Part shown: positions 58,002 to 64,000 of the stretch, piece after piece
How the letters are laid out: every line of letters starts with the position of its first letter
Position numbering within the stretch: position 1 is the stretch's first letter
NCBI GenBank assembly: GCA_965209055.1
Contig: OZ242374.1
Location: forward strand, 5,984,001-6,048,000
Direction: 5' to 3'
Length of the DNA: 64,000 bases
Origin: Acidobacteriota bacterium
GTDB taxonomy: Bacteria; Acidobacteriota; UBA6911; RPQK01; JAJDTT01
Position numbers and translations under genes: made by a program
Notes under the pieces: generated by a model
Seen by the model: only the letters and a program-made list of their open reading frames with translations
Told to the model about the DNA's origin: nothing
The model's database searches: none

Positions 58002-58976
58002 ATGGCTTTCAAGGCACCCGGAAAACATTTCAGAGAAGGTCTTTCAGTCAAGCAGTTCTTCCGTCTCTTCCCGGATGACAAGGCTGCCGAGGCATGGTTC
58101 GCCAAGGAACGCTGGCCGGAAGAGGTCTGCTGCCCCTACTGCGGATCGGTCAAGGTCAACACCAAGACCAATCACAAGTCCATGCCCTACCGGTGCAAAG
58201 AGACGAAGTGCCGCAAGTGGTTTTCGGTCAAGACGGGAACGCCGATGCAGTCCTCGAAGCTGGGCTATCAGGACTGGCTCTATGTCCTGTACTGCATGGC
58301 GACGAATCTGAAATCGGTGTCCTCCATGAAGATGCACCGAGACCTGGAGATCACACAGAAGTCGGCCTGGTTCGCCATGCACCGCGCCCGCCACGTCTGG
58401 AACACGGACCCCGAGGAGCGGTTTGAGGGGCCGACAGAGGCCGACACCACGCACATCGGCGGCAAGCGAAAGAACAAGCCGTTGAAGGTTCGGGCCAAGC
58501 TGGAAGGCCGGGGAGCCGTGGATATGACCACGGTGGTCGGCATCAAAGACCGCAAGACCAATCAGGTCCGGGCGAAGGTCGTGCCGGACGAGAAGGGAAT
58601 CACGCTCCGGGGTTTCGTCTACGATCACACCGAACCGGAGGCGAAGGTCTACACTGACGACGCATCCGCCTACGAGCGGCTGCCGAATCATGATTCCGTG
58701 AATCACTCCCGGCTGGAATACGTCAAGGGTGAAGTCCACACCAACGGGATCGAGTCATTCTGGTCCATGCTCAAACGCTCCCATACCGGGACGTTCCACA
58801 AGCTCTCCCCGAAGCACTTGGACCGGTATGTCGGAGAGTTCTATGGCCGGCACAATATGCGCGGCAAGGGCACTCTGTCTCAACTGGCGGAGATGGCTGA
58901 CCGGCTGATCGGGCAGAGACTCCGATACAGCGACTTGACCGCCGATAACGGGCTCCCCTCCGGCGCCAGAAGCTAA
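58002..58976 (+). CDS. IS1595 family transposase
   Basis: Zn ribbon CPYC...C...C, FSVKTGT, TQKSAW..HR, EADTTHIGG, VYTD, HTNGIESFWSMLKR, HLDRYV.EF..RHN. Confidence 0.95.
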   Translation: MAFKAPGKHFREGLSVKQFFRLFPDDKAAEAWFAKERWPEEVCCPYCGSVKVNTKTNHKSMPYRCKETKCRKWFSVKTGTPMQSSKLGYQDWLYVLYCMATNLKSVSSMKMHRDLEITQKSAWFAMHRARHVWNTDPEERFEGPTEADTTHIGGKRKNKPLKVRAKLEGRGAVDMTTVVGIKDRKTNQVRAKVVPDEKGITLRGFVYDHTEPEAKVYTDDASAYERLPNHDSVNHSRLEYVKGEVHTNGIESFWSMLKRSHTGTFHKLSPKHLDRYVGEFYGRHNMRGKGTLSQLAEMADRLIGQRLRYSDLTADNGLPSGARS

Positions 58977-59057
58977 CTGAGGAAAAGCTGTGGGAAGGTC
59001 GTTGGGAAACCTGTTAAGTTCTTGTGTATCAACTGTTTACGGACGATTTTTGTTGAC

Positions 59058-59951
59058 ATGCCAAGTCTAGCAACCTACCCTGACGCCGTGTTAACGGAGT
59101 TCCCGGTCTCTCGACTTCCTGCCGTCAATGTCGCGCAGGTTCCTCAGCGTAGCCCGTTGAGGTATCCCGGGGGGAAAACGTGGCTGATCCCGCACATTCG
59201 GGAATGGCTCAAATCCGCAAGCGCGGAGATTCTGATTGAGCCCTTTGCCGGAGGCGGAATTGTCTCCCTGACAGCCGTGATGGAGGAACTGGTCGAACAA
59301 GCCGTGATGGTCGAGATTGACCATGATGTCGCGGCGTTCTGGCACGCGGCCCTGAGAAACGGACGCCGGATGGCGGATCAGATCCAAGAGTTCAATCCCA
59401 CCAGAGAGACGCTTATCGAGTGGGAAACTAGCCGCCCGCAGTGCGTCAATGAGCATGGCTTCCAGACCCTGGTATTCAACCGCACTCGACGCGGCGGGAT
59501 CCTCGCTTCGGGAGCGTCCTACATGAAGCAGGGAGAGAACGGGCGGGGAATACTGTCTCGCTGGTATCCCAAGACACTGGCCCGGAGACTGGCCGAGATC
59601 GAACGCCACGCAAGCAAGATCATCTTTTGCGAGGGGGATGGCCTCAAGCTACTCCCGCCTCTATTGCAGGGATGGGGAGATCGGGCCGCCGTGTTTCTCG
59701 ATCCTCCGTACACGGCTGGCGGGAAACGGGCGGGACGGCGCCTCTACACGGATCACCAAGTGGACCACGCCGAACTATTTTCCATACTGGCATCGTCCGA
59801 CGCCGACTTCCTGATGACCTATGATCTATCACCCGAAATCGTGGAGCTGGTCGAGCAACACGGGTTTCACGCCGTCGCCGTGGTGATGAAGAACACCCAT
59901 CACAACCGCATGGCGGAAATCATCATCACTCGGGAAAGCCTCTTCGAATGA
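59058..59951 (+). CDS. Dam-like (alpha class) amino DNA methyltransferase (start uncertain)
   Basis: SPLRYPGGK, EPFAGGG (motif I), FLDPPY (motif IV), LMTYD. Confidence 0.9.
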   Translation: MPSLATYPDAVLTEFPVSRLPAVNVAQVPQRSPLRYPGGKTWLIPHIREWLKSASAEILIEPFAGGGIVSLTAVMEELVEQAVMVEIDHDVAAFWHAALRNGRRMADQIQEFNPTRETLIEWETSRPQCVNEHGFQTLVFNRTRRGGILASGASYMKQGENGRGILSRWYPKTLARRLAEIERHASKIIFCEGDGLKLLPPLLQGWGDRAAVFLDPPYTAGGKRAGRRLYTDHQVDHAELFSILASSDADFLMTYDLSPEIVELVEQHGFHAVAVVMKNTHHNRMAEIIITRESLFE

Positions 59952-60799
59952 TCCGCTACGGGATCTCGGAGTGGTTCGGGCGTCCGTTCCTGTCCCTGAG
60001 TCCAAGTCAGAGACAATCCCTCGCCAGAGCTGCATTGCGCCACGATCCAGTCCCGCCCTGCCCCTTTCGTCGTGGATTGCCGGACTGCACCAAGAGAGGC
60101 GGAGTCTGTTCCATCCAGGAGTATCAGGGGGAAGGAAGCCGGATTGGAACGCCTACCGGTAATCCGGTGAGCGTGTGTCCGTACCGCTTCGAGGAGCGGG
60201 ATATCTCGGCTCTATGGCTGGCCGAGATCGTGGACTTTGGCGAGGTCTACATGGCTCGGGAAGTGCCCTTCATGGAGGGTGTGACCACCGGGAAACCCGC
60301 AGGGAAGATTGACTTGGTCCTGTCGAAAGACGAGGTGGCGTCAGAATGGGTCGGGCTGGAAATCCAGGCCGTCTACTTCTCTGGAAAGGCAATGGACAAC
60401 GACTTCAACGTCCTGCTCACTGATTCCGGTGATTCGCCCCCTATGGCCACGAAGAGCCGGAGGCCGGACTGGAGATCGTCCACAAAGCGGCTGCGATATC
60501 AGTTGGAGGTAAAGGTTCCGACGCTGCGAACGTGGGGAAAGAAACTCGCGGTTTCGGTGGACCTTCCCTTCTTCAACTCTATCGGGGGACCAAGTTCTAC
60601 ACCATCACACGATCTGAACGAGGGTGACATTCTCTGGATCGTTCCCCTGATTGACCTGGACCGCGGCTTGGTCCGCCACCACTGGGAAGTCCTTTCCCTG
60701 GAGGCATCCAGCCGCAAGCTGCTAGATGCCGCGCCCGTTAAACGTCGAGACTTCGAGTCTTACCTGCGCCGGAAGCTGGCACGACTGGAGACGCAATGA
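59948..60799 (+). CDS. NotI-family restriction endonuclease
   Basis: Four Cys (CPF, C.K.GGVCS, VCPYRF), IDLVL, LEIQAVYFSG, RRPDWRSS.KRL..QL..K; ATGA-coupled to the MTase. Confidence 0.85.
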   Translation: MIRYGISEWFGRPFLSLSPSQRQSLARAALRHDPVPPCPFRRGLPDCTKRGGVCSIQEYQGEGSRIGTPTGNPVSVCPYRFEERDISALWLAEIVDFGEVYMAREVPFMEGVTTGKPAGKIDLVLSKDEVASEWVGLEIQAVYFSGKAMDNDFNVLLTDSGDSPPMATKSRRPDWRSSTKRLRYQLEVKVPTLRTWGKKLAVSVDLPFFNSIGGPSSTPSHDLNEGDILWIVPLIDLDRGLVRHHWEVLSLEASSRKLLDAAPVKRRDFESYLRRKLARLETQ

Positions 60800-61005
60800 C
60801 CAAGCGAAAGAAGCCGAAGATCAAAGACGGGCGGACCATCGAACTGGTGAAGCACACCTACCAGCCGAACAAGGCCGAACTGGAGGAGGAGTTCAGCGTA
60901 GACGTTCCCGGTGCGACGGCCCTGGAGAAGTTCAAGCGGCTCACCCGTGCGATGGTGCAGCCGGTCAACGCTCGGCTGATCTCGAAACCGAGGAACCGGC
61001 GTTGA
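60796..61005 (+). CDS. Small basic hypothetical protein, IS passenger
   Basis: 69 aa, ATGA-coupled, ends 3 bp before right TIR; YQPNKAELEEE. Confidence 0.65.
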   Translation: MTKRKKPKIKDGRTIELVKHTYQPNKAELEEEFSVDVPGATALEKFKRLTRAMVQPVNARLISKPRNRR

Positions 61006-61435
61006 GCCGGAATCTGGAACTTTCGTATATAATCCCCTTTCATTTTGCCAATAGAGATTCTCCATTCGGCCATAGCTTCCCATGCGGCGTCGAGATCGTT
61101 GCGATCATCGGACAGTTCCACGGCGAACTGTTCATTGGCCGCTTTGTATTCAGGACCGTGAGCCCATTCTTCATTCATACGGTCAGCAATGGAATTACCC
61201 CGTTCAGTGAGTAGCTCTTCCTGCTTCGCCAGAAAGTCTTTCGTCTCTTCGAATATTGCCAGGTGAAGTTGCTCGGTATTCCCTTTGCGAATGCAAAGCT
61301 GTATGGTGTCGCGCACGATCTGTTGGGCAGTCATTTGTTTCTCTCCCCCCGCGCCCCCCTCTCTTCCAAGGGAAAGTTGAGTCGTGAGTTTTTCGTGGTC
61401 CATATCTGTCCTTGGTAGTACCTATCAGGGGCCGC

Positions 61436-61954
61436 CTAGTCCGCCGTCCCAAAACTCACCCACTTCCCCTCGTGGCAGTAGTAGGCAACAGCGGCCTTGT
61501 CGAGGAAGTAATCGTTGATGGCATCGTGGGTGCGCCTCTCGGGCAGTCCCTCGTCCATCTTGAAAAGAGGACCGACGTCAGGGGGGAGTGAACTGATGAC
61601 GCACGAGTACACCATTCCGAACTCACCCCACCCCTGAGTGCAACCGCTATCCGGACTCGCCCTGTCCAATACGCGGTTGCACTGCGCTCGTCCTCCCCAA
61701 AGGACGATGGTCTCCGACTGCCCATCCCGTGAACAGATCGCTGCCCAATCGGTCTGACCGGGCGCGGCGAACTCGCCGGAAATGATGTTCAGGGGTCTGC
61801 CAGACTTGAACGTGAAAAACGAGTGGGGCTGCGGGATCATGCAGCCCATTTCGTAGAATTCCTCTCTGATGTAGGCAGGCACCTTCTCGAAATCGAGCGG
61901 CGACATGTACTTGATATTTGGTGTCAACACCAGCAACGGCAGGAGCAGCAACAT
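61436..61954 (-). CDS. Putative exported Cys-containing protein (candidate immunity)
   Basis: Short hydrophobic N-terminus, several Cys, NIISGEFAAPGQTDWAAIC; 13 bp downstream of peptidase gene. Confidence 0.6.
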   Translation of the reverse strand: MLLLLPLLVLTPNIKYMSPLDFEKVPAYIREEFYEMGCMIPQPHSFFTFKSGRPLNIISGEFAAPGQTDWAAICSRDGQSETIVLWGGRAQCNRVLDRASPDSGCTQGWGEFGMVYSCVISSLPPDVGPLFKMDEGLPERRTHDAINDYFLDKAAVAYYCHEGKWVSFGTAD

Positions 61955-61967
61955 GAGGGCGTTCCCC

Positions 61968-62747
61968 CTATTTCGTCAGGTGCCAGTGGTCGGGTTTGCC
62001 AGGACCAGACGGATGCACGGCCACCGTGAACCCCAAGCTCCTGGCGGTACTCTCGAAGTAGGTTCTTTCCGTGCTGGACATTTCGCTTCGGTTCATGTCC
62101 ACGTTATGACCCGTTTGGTGGGTGATGTGCGGTGTCGTCCAGTTGTCGTTGATATCGAATAGGCCACCCGTCGGTAGGCTCATGTCGTTCACATGGAGGG
62201 GCTTGTCGAACCTCCCATAGAATGCGCGAGCCAGAGCCTTTATGCCGTTCACCAGAGTGGCGGTGCCGTAGTGGTTGCCAGGGTGTTCGGTCGTGCTCCC
62301 TTGAAGCGTGATGTAGGTGGAACCCAACAGCGGCGTAAGACCGATTAGAGCCACATTGTTGAAATCGGTGTCTATCGTGCCGTCACTGAACACCCCTCTC
62401 TGCCGGATCATACCCGCTGCGGAAGGTGCTGTGAACGTCACCTTCACGTTCTGAGGGTTTGGTCCGTAGAGCGTGATTGAGGATGGACTGACCGACCCGA
62501 CTGGTCCCCCTGAGTGGTGATGGCCACCTGTGTTGGGCAACCGGTCCAGGCTGATATCCACGCTGGCCCCCTCCAGGCCACTGACGTACCAGAGATTGGT
62601 GCCGCCTGGGTCGCAGGTCTTGGTAGCGCCCTGCGGTACTCGCTTGTAACTCTCTCTGATTTCGTAGGGAGAGATTACTGCGCAGGGTTTAGAGACATCG
62701 ATGATTTCTGGGTGGTTGTAGTTTGCAACCTCGGACCTTTCGGACAT
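61968..62747 (-). CDS. MepA/M74-like murein endopeptidase-domain protein
   Basis: HYGT, NDMSLPTGG.F, PHITHQTGHNVD (H-x6-D), C-terminal HWH zinc motif; GGAGG RBS. Confidence 0.7.
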   Translation of the reverse strand: MSERSEVANYNHPEIIDVSKPCAVISPYEIRESYKRVPQGATKTCDPGGTNLWYVSGLEGASVDISLDRLPNTGGHHHSGGPVGSVSPSSITLYGPNPQNVKVTFTAPSAAGMIRQRGVFSDGTIDTDFNNVALIGLTPLLGSTYITLQGSTTEHPGNHYGTATLVNGIKALARAFYGRFDKPLHVNDMSLPTGGLFDINDNWTTPHITHQTGHNVDMNRSEMSSTERTYFESTARSLGFTVAVHPSGPGKPDHWHLTK

Positions 62748-63282
62748 TCCTTGGTTCCTCCGATCTGCGGTTCTAGTTATCTAGAGAGGCGCCTGGCCCC
62801 AACAGCGGTGCCGGTGCTCCAAGAACTTCGAATGTAATACTGTTCTGGATTTGTACATATCTTGAAGTGCCCAACCGGACAACGCCTCTCCTAAGACCGA
62901 AATGCGGCGGCGGACGTTGTGGTGAACTTTTGGCCTTGGCGAACCGCACGCCGTAGCAGGAGTGCCGAAACCTCCCCGCCGCCGGGACCCGAAATCTATC
63001 AAGGACTATTTCAAGACGCAAAATAGACTGATGACGGAGGGGGGAGGGAAGCTTGTTAAGTTCAATAATTAATCCCCGATCGACACAGCACCATGTGTTC
63101 CGAATCTGGGGGACAAGAGAAAACGGGAAGAGGAGTCAGTATTCGAGAGCCAATGCTGCTGCCTGTTTGTTGCCTGTTCAGGACGTCGAACGTTGGGAGT
63201 CAACCACTTTACTGATTCGGCGAAGAACCCGGTAATCCATTGAAAACGTTAATGTTCGGTAGTCTTTGACTGTGGAGCAATC

Positions 63283-63296
63283 GGGACTGTTAGTCC
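63283..63296 (+). repeat. attR core GGGACTGTTAGTCC
   Basis: Identical to 42852-42865. Confidence 0.88.
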
Positions 63297-63365
63297 CCCC
63301 GTCTTCTTCCGTATTGTTGTGCGATTCGGACGCGGGAAAGCGTAGAGCGGGGACTGCCGTTTCCC

Positions 63366-64000
63366 CTACCCCCTCTGTCGGCGACAGGAGAGTCGCCGCT
63401 CCACTTGATCTTTGCCCAGGATCAGATGGCGGCGGTCCCTCTCGCTGACGCCAGTCCGAACCTTGCCGGCAATCACCCAAAAGAACAGGCCCAGCAGCAA
63501 TCCGCCAATAAAGAGGCTCCACTCCAGGGGAAAACCGTCGGAGTTTGCGAACGGCTCGTAGACCGCAACAGCCAAAAAGAAGAGCGTGCCGGCGACCCCC
63601 AGGCCGGCGATGTAGACGCCGCCCGGGACGCGGAAGGGACGAGGGGCGTTCGGCTGTTTCACCCGCAGGATCAGGACTCCCAGGCAGACGAAAAAGAAGA
63701 CCGTGGCCAGGCACATGACAGCCATGCCGACGATGGGAGAGAGGCCACCCCGGCCCAGGAAACTGCCCAACGCGCCGATCAGGCCGACCAGGAGGACCGC
63801 TCGTCCGGGAGATCCGAAAAGGGGGTGGACCGCGGCGAATCCGGCCGGGATCATGCGGGCCCGGCCCAATGCGAAGACCAGCCGCGAGGCCGCAATGAAG
63901 ATGGGATTGAGCGTCGTGATGAGGCCCAGCAGCCCCGTGAACACGATGATTCTTCCGAACATCGGCGAATCGAAACTGGATTCGTAGGTGGCGGCGGTGG
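63366..64000 (-). CDS. APC-family amino acid permease (3' part)
   Basis: ASRLVFALGR..MIP..FAAVHP.FGSP, LRVKQPNAPRPFRVPGG; multi-TM. Confidence 0.88.
   Translation of the reverse strand, partial: TAATYESSFDSPMFGRIIVFTGLLGLITTLNPIFIAASRLVFALGRARMIPAGFAAVHPLFGSPGRAVLLVGLIGALGSFLGRGGLSPIVGMAVMCLATVFFFVCLGVLILRVKQPNAPRPFRVPGGVYIAGLGVAGTLFFLAVAVYEPFANSDGFPLEWSLFIGGLLLGLFFWVIAGKVRTGVSERDRRHLILGKDQVERRLSCRRQRG

Larger units (their letters stand above)
57919..61037 (+). mobile_element. IS1595-family element (3119 bp) with passenger genes
   Basis: Perfect 29-bp TIRs GGGGATTATATACGAAAGTTCCAGATTCC (57919-57947 / 61009-61037); 8-bp TSD TTTCATTT (57911-57918 / 61038-61045). Confidence 0.95.
57839..61334 (-). 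pseudogene. Hypothetical gene split by the IS1595 insertion
   Basis: MTAQQIVRD...ISIGKMK (61334-61038) continues across the TSD as RSAPIAPVG...SQVR* (ends 57839). Confidence 0.6.
42852..63296. mobile_element. Tyrosine-integrase genomic island (~20.4 kb) with defence cargo
   Basis: 14-bp direct repeat at both ends, integrase adjacent to left end, shared TGCCTGTTTGTT motifs near both ends, host genes converge on the site. Confidence 0.88.

Noticed and set aside
62773-63235. Short ORFs near attR as an excisionase
   Set aside because: No HTH signature or convincing RBS
42852-63296. Prophage or ICE
   Set aside because: No structural, replication, relaxase or conjugation genes recognised

Overview
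GC-rich bacterial chromosome segment. The VWA protein, PVC-type CxxCH protein and sigma-54 activator C-terminus suggest Acidobacteriota (inference). 1-6.5 kb is housekeeping: M28 peptidase, EF-G paralog, lgt, RluD-type synthase, VWA protein, GT2. 6.7-18.5 kb holds two giant multidomain regulators, a broken RHH/PemK toxin-antitoxin pair, a beta-barrel and an uncharacterised 4-gene helical lipoprotein/membrane operon. 18.6-42.8 kb is a catabolic region: four CocE/NonD hydrolases (one frameshifted by a 7-bp duplication), hydantoinase A/B, aminotransferase, GH109-like oxidoreductase, sialidase-like and DUF3604-like proteins. 42852-63296 is a complete ~20.4-kb tyrosine-integrase island bounded by a 14-bp direct repeat (GGGACTGTTAGTCC). 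Its empty site rebuilds a perfect REP-like hairpin, an intact copy of which sits at 38745-38760, while the island's own left arm is a degenerate tRNA 5' half. This suggests an integrase that uses an anticodon-loop mimic instead of a tRNA. Cargo is defence-like: GIY-YIG + 2TM pair, FRG protein, a type I R-M cluster (frameshifted hsdM, extra DUF4062 gene) flanked by ~165-bp direct repeats, a complete IS1595 element (29-bp TIRs, 8-bp TSD) carrying a NotI-like R-M system, and a candidate murein-endopeptidase/immunity pair. All family calls come from motif recognition by eye, not database searches.
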